From Novakomyces olei (lineage: Eukaryota): 64,000 nucleotides of DNA. The notes beneath the pieces are model-generated. The model saw only the letters and a program-made list of their open reading frames with translations, had not been told where the DNA came from and made no database searches. Shown in pieces: positions 33,189 through 44,025 of the stretch (the first letter of the stretch is position 1; every line of letters begins with the position of its first letter). The DNA is taken from the NCBI GenBank assembly GCA_016906335.1, contig JADEYG010000001.1, forward strand, positions 1 through 64,000, given 5' to 3'. The translations under genes were made by a program, and so were the position numbers.

Positions 33189-34796
33189 ATGGATATTAAA
33201 AAATGGCTTCGAAGATACGAACTAGAGTCAACTCCGCTGCAAAACGAAGATTTGCTTCCTACACCGGTTGAAAAACAGACATGGAACTGGTTCAATTATT
33301 TCATGTACTGGTTTTCCGAATCATGGGCGGTTTCGACCTGGTCCTTGGGAAGTTCTCTTATGACGGCCGGCCTTAAAACCTACGAAGCCATACTAATTAT
33401 GTTTTTTGCAAACATGACCATTTCTTTGGCTATTGTCGCAAACGGCCGTGCTCCTGCAGTCTATCATATAGGCTTCCCCGTACTATCGCGCGTTGCTTTT
33501 GGTATATATGGTTCGATGGCAATGGTAGTTATCCGCGCGATCCTCGGCATTATATGGAGTGGAGTCCAAACTTTTTTCCTCGGACAGTTTATTGCAATTA
33601 TATTACGAACAATTTTCCCCAGTTTTTGGAGAATTACAAATCATATTCCAGCAGAACAGTATGTATCGCCACAGGAGCTTACCGGCTTTTTCCTCGCTTT
33701 TGTATGTCTGTTTCCTTTTATGTTTGTTCCGCACTACAGAATTCAGCACCTCTTTTCTGTTAAAGGCGCTATTATTCCTTTTGCAGGGATGGGCATAACT
33801 ATATGGGCATGCCAAGTGAATGGTGGGGTAGGTCCGTCTGACGCAATGGTGGACTACAGTGTTCGCGCTTCAGGCACAACAGCTTTTGCCTTCTCCGTCT
33901 TGGGCCAGATCAATAGTATTTTTGGTGCCACTTCTGCATTAGTTGTTACTGTTCCCGATCTTGCGCGATACGCAAATAAGCCAAATGCACAGCTGTGGGG
34001 TCAACTTTTTGGTTTGTCCTTGACCAACACTATCTGCGGCAGCTTTGGTATTATAACAACATCTGCCCTTTACCAGCATTATGGAGAGATGTATTGGAAC
34101 CCTTATGATTTGCTCAACGGAATCCTCGATCATGGTTATAATGCACAGTCTCGTGCCGGCTGTTTTTTTGCGGCTCTTGCATTTTCGTTCGCCACTTTGG
34201 GAACAACAATTGCCGGAAACATTGTGCCTTTTGCTGCAGATGCAACTTGCTTGATGCCCAAGTATATAAATATTATTCGTGGGCAGTTTATCTGTTTGTT
34301 TGTCTCTCTCGCGGTCGTGCCTTGGCGTATTATGCGGGATGCAACGACATTTTTAAACTTTTTAGGAGGTTACAGTATGTTTCAGGGACCGGTAGTTGCC
34401 ATTACTGTTACCGACTACCTTTTGCGCAACGGAAATATTGACCTGCAAGCACTTTACATCGCTAAATCCGGACCGTACTGGTATCGCTTTGGCGTGAATT
34501 GGCGAGCAATTGCGGCCTTTGTTATTGGATTTATCCTTCCTTTTCCAGGATTTTGTGCAGTTCTGGCCAAAAGTACCAGTGTCTCTGTTGCCGCATTTCG
34601 ACTCTATGATTTAGGCTACTTTTTGTCCGTTATGATGAGCACAGTGGCCTACCTTATTATATGCCTTGTATTCAGACTGCCCATGGTTACAAAGGAACCT
34701 TTTGAGAGTAAAGCAAGCTTATTGCTGGAGGGTTCGCCGGTGGACGAGAACATCAGTATTACACAAGTTACGGAGCAGTTACCGGAGAAATGTTAA
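33189..34796 (+). CDS. NCS1 nucleobase/allantoin/uracil permease (Fur4/Dal4-like)
   Basis: NEDLLPT..QTW, YHIGFPV.SR..FG..G, YWNP.DL, P.YINI.RG, GVNWRA. Confidence 0.92.
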   Translation: MDIKKWLRRYELESTPLQNEDLLPTPVEKQTWNWFNYFMYWFSESWAVSTWSLGSSLMTAGLKTYEAILIMFFANMTISLAIVANGRAPAVYHIGFPVLSRVAFGIYGSMAMVVIRAILGIIWSGVQTFFLGQFIAIILRTIFPSFWRITNHIPAEQYVSPQELTGFFLAFVCLFPFMFVPHYRIQHLFSVKGAIIPFAGMGITIWACQVNGGVGPSDAMVDYSVRASGTTAFAFSVLGQINSIFGATSALVVTVPDLARYANKPNAQLWGQLFGLSLTNTICGSFGIITTSALYQHYGEMYWNPYDLLNGILDHGYNAQSRAGCFFAALAFSFATLGTTIAGNIVPFAADATCLMPKYINIIRGQFICLFVSLAVVPWRIMRDATTFLNFLGGYSMFQGPVVAITVTDYLLRNGNIDLQALYIAKSGPYWYRFGVNWRAIAAFVIGFILPFPGFCAVLAKSTSVSVAAFRLYDLGYFLSVMMSTVAYLIICLVFRLPMVTKEPFESKASLLLEGSPVDENISITQVTEQLPEKC

Positions 34797-35336
34797 TAGG
34801 TTTTTTGATGCGTTTTGTAGGTTTTATTGCTCTTTTCTTTTCATTCAGACTGGTCAAGTTAAAACATTTTTTGCTACGGTTACACTAGACTCAATTATAA
34901 TTTCTCCTAGAAATTTATGTGCTAAATCCGCAGAGTTAGCAAAGGTTCAAGTGAATTTAGTATCTGATTGTCATATTGTGGGCCGAGATCGTAGTATTGT
35001 GGGTATGGATAAATTCATAACTGTAAGCTTGTCTCCGCTCTGGTGTATGTTTCTTATCGAATTACGCAAATACGCTCCAAGTACTTGAGAGACTGCTTTT
35101 CCAACGAGCTTCATATAAAACCATAAATGTAAGGCTAACAAAGCATGAACAGCATCATAGGCTGTCTTCCCGCTAAAATTTATGTTTGCTTTTAAAGTTA
35201 ATTGATTTGAACTACAATAGAAACTGTGACAATTATCGAATCTTTAGTTTTTGGCTTGCAAAACTTTGATCATTATTCTTTCCTCTAGCAAAAGCGCTAT
35301 TTAATATATATAGTATATCATGACCACGCACGCACG

Positions 35337-36149
35337 CTATGACAGTTTAGCGGACTTGGCCAGTCCCTCGCCGATAAACTGTGGGTTTGTAATTAAAAAC
35401 CCGCCATCAATCACAAAAGACTGCCCTGTGATATAAGATGCCTTTGTGCTGGCCAAAAATGATACCATTTCCGCAATCTCTGCTGGAGATCCGGGCCGCT
35501 TTAAAGGTAGTAGGGGCACGTGGTAGTCCAATGCTCGAGTTTCATCCATATCATTAACCTGTGTTGCTATCAAGCCCGGTGCAACAGCATTCACAGTTAT
35601 TCCTAGCTGAGAAAACTCGATCGCCAATGACTTTGTGAGACCTTCTAGGCCATGCTTTGAGGACACATAGCCTGCTGCCTCAGGTAAAGGAGTCCGTCCG
35701 TGAATTGAGCTGATGTTTATGATTTTGCCTTTAGTATGAGCGCCGTGCATGCGATTAGCAGCATGCTGCGACAATATAAAAGGCGAAATTAGGTTCACTT
35801 TTAGAGGAAACTCAAAATCAATTATAGACATTTTGGAAGCAGGCGCTAGTTTGGCAGCGCCTGCACAATTCACAAGAACCTCAAGTGGCTCGCCTTCAAT
35901 AAAATCATCAAAAGTCTGTGCGGCTTCCTCTGGCTTTGTCAGATCCATGTAGACGAGCCGGGCACGGCGACCAAAAGATTTCACTTTTTCAACAACACTT
36001 TCACCGTCTTGTCTTTTGCGATAGTAGACGACTCCAATATCGTACCCATCTCGTGAAAGTGCCAGAGCAATTGCTTTGCCTATGCCGGACTCTGAACCTG
36101 TAACAACGGCAAACATCCCGTTAATTGTTTTTGTCAGCTGATGATTCAT
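35337..36149 (-). CDS. Short-chain dehydrogenase/reductase, bacterial YohF-like
   Basis: TG..SGIG, YVSSK, NAVAPG, TGQSFVIDGGFLITNPQF; intronless. Confidence 0.9.
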   Translation of the reverse strand: MNHQLTKTINGMFAVVTGSESGIGKAIALALSRDGYDIGVVYYRKRQDGESVVEKVKSFGRRARLVYMDLTKPEEAAQTFDDFIEGEPLEVLVNCAGAAKLAPASKMSIIDFEFPLKVNLISPFILSQHAANRMHGAHTKGKIINISSIHGRTPLPEAAGYVSSKHGLEGLTKSLAIEFSQLGITVNAVAPGLIATQVNDMDETRALDYHVPLLPLKRPGSPAEIAEMVSFLASTKASYITGQSFVIDGGFLITNPQFIGEGLAKSAKLS

Positions 36150-36906
36150 TGGGAACACTATATAGCTGCATATTTATGCGCGAGATCTGATCAAACGCCA
36201 ACATCCCACAGGAGCTTGTGGGATGCTTATCGTGATTGCACGTGTGGAGTCTTAGCGTTGGTTATTAATTATCGATAGAGATACTATGATACGATATTAT
36301 ACGGAAATCTAGAAGAAAATTGTTTTGTTCTATTCCTAATTTAAATTATTCCAGTGACTATATTGTTCATTAGGGTTAGTCAAGGCTGTGTTTGACAGTC
36401 TAAATGTTAGGGTTATGGTTAGTTCATTTAATCCTGAAATTATCTCGAATATCTCGAATACAGATTGTTTCAAAGCAATTGCTATTAGAATTTGATGGGT
36501 ACACCTAGCAGAATGTCCTTTGTCAGCCAACTTGACGTTTTAGTACAAGCTGTTTATTCCAACCCGCTAGAAGATTCGATTATCCTTTTAAAATTTGCAA
36601 GTTCAAGAGGTTATCAGATAAATAATCTAAATCTCAAATCAAGTCTCGTTTAGCTAAGTGAACATACAAACCGTACAACAGCCGCATATCGCTGTTAGGT
36701 GGGTATAAAAGTAATTTTCTTTTCGGTAATTAGGGGTTTTGAAGCTTGCAGAAAACTCATCAGATTAATAAAAAGCGCCTCTTCCTTGTAATCAGCGTCA
36801 ATCCAATTCCTCACTACTGCTTAATTCTGTTTAATATTTATGGCTATTAAACGAAATATGACTAATAGCAATAGCAGTTCAAGCGGCCATAAAATTAATG
36901 TTGGAT

Positions 36907-38029
36907 TTAATATTTCCACTGATCTACCAACGAGCTACTCCACTGCATCACTTGATTCTGAGCAAACACGTCATTTGTATCCGGGTGCAGTTTGCAGTGC
37001 AGTTGACACTTTTCAGCCACATAGTCGCCTGTGTGAAGATCTTTGTCATTTAGACAAAATTCTAGCACTGCACTACCTGGTCATATTTTAGTGATTAAGA
37101 AGCTTTGCAATTTAATTTTAATATATCTATTGTTCCCATCAGACGGATCAGTAGCAGCTTACCTTGACTAATAGTTCGCGTGAACGGTAAGAAAACTCCC
37201 AAGTACCTCAATAAAAAACTTGCGGCCGCCGGACGATGCCTCCCAAGTTGCGTTGCCGGTATAAAACCTAAATGATTTTGTTAAAATTAAAAACTCCCCT
37301 AAAAAAAAAAAAAAAAAAAAAAAAAAAGGTTATATACCTGGTGTACATATAATTAATGTGGTATTACAAAGTTGCTCGACATAGGAGCGAAAGCATACTG
37401 CTTGAGCTAATTTGGAATTTGCGTAATTCTGTTGTCAGAGCATCATCACAATTAATGCCTACCATAACAACGCTAGAACTGGCATCCGGCATGGCCAAAA
37501 CCTGTTGCACGTCTGGAATATAAGCATGCTTAAGAAAGAGCCATATGTGAGATGTGGCTTTGAGCAAAAACGGTTAGAGCAGCAGAAAACTGCAAGACAT
37601 TCACTTACTTCCACGATTATGTAACTTAGAATTAACAAGAACAAGACGCTGAAACCGAACATTATTTTGGCGTAGATTGGATATAATTTTGTGGTTGCAC
37701 AAATGATTGACGTACAAATCGGTTATCGCGTTGTCCATTACACCAGCATTAAGAACTATTCCTGTAAGATGTACATCTTTGGACTTGGCCAATGCATTGA
37801 TTCGACCCATAAACCTCTCTACATCCTCCGCCCTAGCAAGATCACAAGCAACTGCTTCGATTACGTCAGGCGCTGAGCAGAAATTTCGCAAGGACTGCAG
37901 TGGCACACTTGCATCACGAACGGGTATGAGAATATAAAGAGCCGTACTTTTTTTTGATTTTAATAAATTTTGGCATAGTTTCAGTCCGATGCCGCTAGTG
38001 GCACCCGTCACAACGTATACATCCTTCAT
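36907..38029 (-). CDS. Short-chain dehydrogenase/reductase, multi-exon (about 5 exons)
   Basis: VTGATSGIG, CDLA, LNAG, VNHL; downstream exons give NYANSK and TPGFIP; stop at 36907. Confidence 0.75.
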
Positions 38030-38562
38030 AGAATTCGTTAATAATGCAGATTGTTTTTATTTTTATTTTTTATTCTTTATTTTTTATTTTTTTATTATAG
38101 TTGCGACGTTGTTCTCGTTATTTTTAGACCAGATTATAGTGTCTAAAGTATATTGAAGAGCTCATTATCACTCGGACGAGTATAGCACGTGAGGTGCACA
38201 TGAGGGTGACTTTACATACATAATACCTATCTTTTGACGTCTATCACCATTCGCATCAACGCTTTCATCTTGAACCTGAGCGTTGCCAACGCTGTACTGT
38301 GCTTCAAACTAACAAAGACCATTGACCCTGACTGAGCTTTATATTAGGATAGTTCTCTTTGTAACTGACTCGTTGCAATTCATATATTTTCATCGAGCAG
38401 AGCCATCTTGGGCTATATTGATGTCCTATTATTTTCAATTAATAAAAAATCATAATCAAACTAAAGGTCTAGACTAGGGCAACGGACTGAACAATTATTT
38501 TGTGGATATTGATGTACTTGTACTATGGCAGCAATGCTTCTGCCCGTTCCCTGCAGCATCTT

Positions 38563-39336
38563 TTATGCTTTAATGTAAGCGTCTCCGAGGCGAGTCCTCA
38601 CACCACAGCCATTCAACAAGGAGGTGAAATGAGGATCCGGAGACAATCTTGCTGTAAACCAAGAGTATCGTAAAACATCCTGTCTCCTTTCGCAGATGGA
38701 AACCATGTCTTTCATCTGTTTGATTTGTTTTGCTTCCGTATTTATCTGGGCTCCGTCGCTCTGGCTATGCCAATTAGCCAACTCTGTTATCCAGAAAGGC
38801 TTTCCAAACTGCTTAAGCCTATCCAGCTGCTCATCTAGACCATAATCGTACCAGTGAAATCCGAGGCAGTCTATACGCGGCTGCCGTCCTCCATTCTCCA
38901 TAGAATATGCCTTTACGAACGAGGTCAGCCATACTATGGGGTCCTCATAACCTTTTAGTGTTCCCCAAGTGATTTGCGGTCCCACAATGGACACATTTGC
39001 ACGCGCAGCAATATCCTCGTACTTTGGCCAAAGCCTGGCCGCTTCCTGAGGCGATATGTTTGCCTGGTCAGTCAAATTTGGCTCGTTTAAAACGAGAATG
39101 TGCTTGGTCGATGGATTATTTAGGAGCCATTGCAAGACTTGGTCCTCGTCAAAGTTGAAATTCCAGAGCATGGGAATAAACCTCACATTACTGGCGGCTA
39201 AAAGAGCAGTAGGTAAAGACTGGTCAGGCCAAGGAGCCCAATTATAGTACCAGCATACTCCGGGTGCTAGAGCATCGAGATCCGCTCGGTCCCTAAGGTC
39301 ATATGCGAGTCCCTTTTTTTGACCTTTGCATGGCAT
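38563..39336 (-). CDS. GH128-like beta-1,3-glucanase (Glyco_hydro_cc); N-terminus uncertain
   Basis: WYYNW, FIPMLW, NEP, FHWY, KPFWITE, RYSWF. Confidence 0.85.
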   Translation of the reverse strand: MPCKGQKKGLAYDLRDRADLDALAPGVCWYYNWAPWPDQSLPTALLAASNVRFIPMLWNFNFDEDQVLQWLLNNPSTKHILVLNEPNLTDQANISPQEAARLWPKYEDIAARANVSIVGPQITWGTLKGYEDPIVWLTSFVKAYSMENGGRQPRIDCLGFHWYDYGLDEQLDRLKQFGKPFWITELANWHSQSDGAQINTEAKQIKQMKDMVSICERRQDVLRYSWFTARLSPDPHFTSLLNGCGVRTRLGDAYIKA

Positions 39337-40742
39337 CGTTTCAGGACGCGTCTCAAACCCGGCCGGCGATGACAGATTTTAGAACTGGGATTGACATTCC
39401 AAGAGTGGTTTATTGTGCGTTTGCATTCGCTTACTGACGACCAAAATACACAGAGTACACTGTAGTAAATCCACAACAGCGACACCGTCGCATAGTATAT
39501 TTGACTGTAGATTTTAGTTATTTACGTTTTAGCCGATCGGCAAACAGCACCGATGGGTCTAGTGAAGTAATGGCCTTGTCTATAACCACAGCGCAACATT
39601 TTCAGCTGGCGCATGAGCTTCGGGATCCCTTGATTGCACGTATTATGTTGGGAGTCTGATAGGTTTGAGCTGACGAGTCGGCTGGATAAACGACTAGACA
39701 ACCCACTGACTATCTATATTGCGCATATTGAGTCGTAGGCTTGTTTGGCTGCTTTTCAGGTATAATTCGCCTCGATCATTAATATTCGCCAGAATTCTTT
39801 TACTTTTTAGACGCCCAGTTGAGACCGGCCCTACGGCATTTGAGCTAATTACAGTGCACACTCTTATTTACCGTCAAAGTTGCTAGTCAATATCACATTC
39901 CAGTATCCATACGGCCTACGCATTAAAATGGTATAGCATCAACGAAATAATGTACGCTTGCGAGCAGTAATGCATGTGCTGAATAATAACCAAATTTAGT
40001 GGAGACAAAGTTGACGCGTGCCTATTCAAAAGCTTATCGAAAACACGTGCTAGTCAAGGTCAATTTGGTCATATTATGAATATATTGTCTCATTGAGAAC
40101 GCGGTCTAGTTACACACATTGCCGGTGTCAAGGGTGCAATATATACTGTGCGCAAAGGAGGACAGTATAAACCTCGGCATTCTACTCATAGCGTGTTTCG
40201 CAAAATCAACGGGCAGAATGCATTCGCCTGCGCACAAGCAGTTTTCTAATACACAATCTAAGCGTCGATCGTGTAAGGTGACACACCCACTTGTCTGGCT
40301 TCGGCACAAACCGTCTTTTCTTGGCCAATCAAGGCACTCTTTCGGCAGAGTCATTATGCAAGGGCAGCTGTGCTGCCATATAATTACCGTTACCAGCCTC
40401 GCCGTTGCGGGTTACATTATGGCACTGAAACATACCCGACTGCAAAATTACTTGGTCACATGATGGCAATGATGTAGTATGCGTATTATGTAAGAACGTG
40501 ATCGCGTTGCCAGCCAACCACCGCTTCCCGAAACGGTAAGCCCACAGTATTAGGCACAATTAGACATGTTTATATAGTAAACAGTCTAGACTCAGCTGTC
40601 AAAAGTGAGTCGCGTTTTGACAGGAAAGGAGATGAGCCTGCCACGCTTTTTAATTAACTTAATTTACAGAGATAAAGAGGGAAGGGTATATAACACGGGA
40701 ACGCGAGGCGGCTATCGGAAAAGCTAAAGTCTGGCAGAGAGC

Positions 40743-43346
40743 ATGGCGCGGGCTCTGGCACTCTTTTTATCGGCGTTCGCTGCTCTTTCTACGCGAGCAG
40801 ACGCATCGGTATTGAGACGCGATTATCTGCCTTATTCACAGTCAGCCGATGCAGCGGCAGCAGCAGCGAGCGAGTTTCAAGCGGCGACTACGGCTTTCCC
40901 GCCAGAGCCGCCGATACAGACGCCGACGCCGATATACGTGACGACTCTTAATGCGACAAACGCGGCAACTTCGTCAGTGCTCTTTACCATCCCAACCGTG
41001 ACGCAGTCCATTCCGGATGCCGTATCATTATCCCGCCTTGCCGCACAGGTACAGGTGGTCACGCCCGTGGCTACGGGCACAGAGCAGAGCATTGAGACGA
41101 CAATTTCTCCCACCCAAGACGATGCAATTGACGTGGACACTGACGCGTCTGAGACTAGGCAGCGCAAAGGAGACGAGGTTATGGCTGACAGCGGCAAAGA
41201 AGCCAATGGAAAAGACGTATCCTCCTGGAAAAAGCTCGATAGAAGGGCGCAGATGGACTTGTTTGTCCCAATTGCCACGGAAGATCCTCGGAACACGTTC
41301 GGGTCAAGAGCCCACGTTGCCCAGCCAGTGAACGTAAACTGGTCCTGGCCGATTGAAACGAACAAGTTCTACGCTAATCTTATGCTCGGCAGCCGGTCAT
41401 ACCCAGCGTATCTTCAGCCTTACAATCTCTACTGGGACCAGAGCCGCTACGGCCTTTGTGTAAGCCATGTGGACGATGATCAAAAGGTGTTCAAGGACGG
41501 CAACGACCCTACAGAGTACTTTGTGAACGGTCTCGGCCTTTGCTCTATCGGAATTTCTGCAGAAAATTTTGACGCAAAGGCTAACCTCTCACTCGCTAAC
41601 CCGAGACCGCTCTCTGTCTTGGCCCGACTGCATAAGGATGGGGCTAGTGTAACGCTGCCTCTCGTCCTGGGCCAGGCCTTTATAACTGCCATTTACCAAA
41701 ATGCCCGGCCAAAGTTTTTCACAGGCTACGCCGTAACATCACTGACAAAACTCGACTATGCCGGTGCGTTCAAGTACCGTATCAGCCTGAACGATGGCAA
41801 AACGTGGGTTCTTTACGCGTACCCGTCAGACGCGTCTGCGCGTTTCTCCCTCTCCCTGAGTGGGGCACAGATGCTTATTGCAGATGGCATGTTTGACGGC
41901 TACATCCAAATTGCCAAGAACCCGATAACAATAAGCGCAGCTGCCTCAGAATCGCATTACGATGCTCACGCGGGCACTTATGCTATTGACGCTGTACCTT
42001 CTGGCACTTCAGACTACAATTCTGCCACTGCCAGCTATACACTGACCTTTACCGTTAACCAGTACGGGAACCGCTGGCTAGTTCATTGGGCCCTGCCTCA
42101 TATACAAGCCTCAATTTCTTCGTCAAGCTACAAACTGGCCGACATGCGAATGGCTTCGCCGTCGAAGGGGAACATGATCATGTACATTGGCAATAGCTGG
42201 ACAATGACAGAGACGGAACTGCCTACGGATATTGGGTTCCTGCCAAAGGGAGTGTCGAGTGCTTCTTACACGGCCGCACAAAAGACGGCAATACTACGAG
42301 CTGCTCAGGCAGATATTGCCCAGGATTTTGGAGCCCAAACCAATTTGAACTCTATGTATTTTGCCGGCAAAGCCTTGGCCAAATTTGCTCTAGTGTGCCT
42401 TTCCGTAAACGATGTACTAAAGAACAGCACATTGTCGGCTCTCTGTGTAAGCAAGCTGTCGGCTGCCATGTCACCTTTTATAAACAATCAGCAACAGTTC
42501 CCCCTGATTTACGACACAACGTGGGGCGGTCTTGTTAGCCGACAAGGTTTCACAAACGGGGCTCTCTCGGACTTCGGGAATACATACTACAACGACCACC
42601 ATTTCCACTATGGCTATTTTGTGCTAACCGCCGCTATCCTTGGCCACATTAACCCTAGCTGGTTATCTGAGCAAAACAAGCGGGTTATAAATCACATGGT
42701 CCGTGATGTGGCCAATCCTTCGCCCAACGATTGGTTATATCCACGCTGGCGCAGTTTTTGCTGGTTCCATGGGCATTCGTGGGCCAAGGGCGTCTTTGAG
42801 TCTGGCGATGGCAAAGACGAGGAGTCTACTTCTGAGGACTACAATTTCCTGTACGGCATGAAATTGTGGGGTAAAGTGATCGGGGATAAAGCCATGGAAC
42901 AACGCGCTAATTTGATGCTGGCAGTTGAACGCAGATCACTGAATTCATACTTTCTAATGGGGCCGAGCAATACGATAATGCCCCCGCAATTTACCAAAAA
43001 CTTTGTGGCCGGTATCTTGTTTGAGTACAAGGCCGATCACACCACGTACTTTTCCTCTCGCACTGAATGCATTGCCGGTATTCACATGCTTCCCTCTACG
43101 GGCATCAGCCCTTACATCCGTAGTGCCTCGTTTGTCTCGCAAGAATGGCAGGCTCAATTGGCCTCTGTTGCCCCGTCAGTTTCAGATGGATGGAAGGGGA
43201 CTATCTATGCTGACTACGCGATTGCAAATCCCTTGGTCGCATACAATTTTTTTACCAGCAACCAGTTTTCCAGCAACTATTTGGACGGCGGAGCTTCGCT
43301 CACGTGGTATTTGACTTTCACAGCCGGCCTTCTGAACCAGCAATAG
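40743..43346 (+). CDS. eng1: GH81 endo-1,3(4)-beta-glucanase (Eng1-like), secreted
   Basis: Signal peptide, Thr/Ser-rich linker, IETNKFY, YNDHHFHYGY, GHSWAKG..DGKDEESTSED. Confidence 0.93.
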   Translation: MARALALFLSAFAALSTRADASVLRRDYLPYSQSADAAAAAASEFQAATTAFPPEPPIQTPTPIYVTTLNATNAATSSVLFTIPTVTQSIPDAVSLSRLAAQVQVVTPVATGTEQSIETTISPTQDDAIDVDTDASETRQRKGDEVMADSGKEANGKDVSSWKKLDRRAQMDLFVPIATEDPRNTFGSRAHVAQPVNVNWSWPIETNKFYANLMLGSRSYPAYLQPYNLYWDQSRYGLCVSHVDDDQKVFKDGNDPTEYFVNGLGLCSIGISAENFDAKANLSLANPRPLSVLARLHKDGASVTLPLVLGQAFITAIYQNARPKFFTGYAVTSLTKLDYAGAFKYRISLNDGKTWVLYAYPSDASARFSLSLSGAQMLIADGMFDGYIQIAKNPITISAAASESHYDAHAGTYAIDAVPSGTSDYNSATASYTLTFTVNQYGNRWLVHWALPHIQASISSSSYKLADMRMASPSKGNMIMYIGNSWTMTETELPTDIGFLPKGVSSASYTAAQKTAILRAAQADIAQDFGAQTNLNSMYFAGKALAKFALVCLSVNDVLKNSTLSALCVSKLSAAMSPFINNQQQFPLIYDTTWGGLVSRQGFTNGALSDFGNTYYNDHHFHYGYFVLTAAILGHINPSWLSEQNKRVINHMVRDVANPSPNDWLYPRWRSFCWFHGHSWAKGVFESGDGKDEESTSEDYNFLYGMKLWGKVIGDKAMEQRANLMLAVERRSLNSYFLMGPSNTIMPPQFTKNFVAGILFEYKADHTTYFSSRTECIAGIHMLPSTGISPYIRSASFVSQEWQAQLASVAPSVSDGWKGTIYADYAIANPLVAYNFFTSNQFSSNYLDGGASLTWYLTFTAGLLNQQ

Positions 43347-44025
43347 GTGCGACCGATTGGACGCGTTGAAAAATTAAAAAAAAAACAATATATATGACGG
43401 CAATGACGGACGGTATGCATAGAATAGAAAGTTTTGTGGAGATTGAGATTGAGATTGGAAAAGATGGGAATTATACGAGAAATCAAGGGCATAAAAGAAT
43501 AGGGATTGTGGGAGCAGCATATTTGAACTGCTTCAATTTGTACAAGTCGTATGAATCATTGATTGATTCGAGGATCGCGATGAACATTAATATATGGCTT
43601 TGCTCAACTAATCTTCACGTCAAATTGATCAAATAGATTGATTATGCGTAGCCGATTGCCCAGTGTAGCCTTTGATCCTTCAAAACGTTTAGGGTTTACT
43701 TCCTACTAATGCCGTGACTGTTGCTATAAAACCTTATTTAGATCTAAATGTTACAAACGTGCTACTTTTACAGGATTAATCTGAGTAATGACGAATTTAC
43801 GGTAGTGGTAATGTATATATGTATGTTTCTTTATACCACACTAGATCAGGTAGAAAACCCTGTTCTACAGGTCGTGCCTACCATTGAGTCACGCACAATA
43901 TTCCAAATAAGGCAATTCTCCAAGAATCGTTTGACGATAATTCTAATATTCAATGACTGGCCTATCCATCACATCCAGTCGTCGGTCTATGGCATTCGCC
44001 TTGCAACAATACAACAACGCCAGTA

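Noticed and set aside
36370-36425. Short telomere-like G-strand matches
   Set aside because: At most 13 nt and degenerate; too weak to call.
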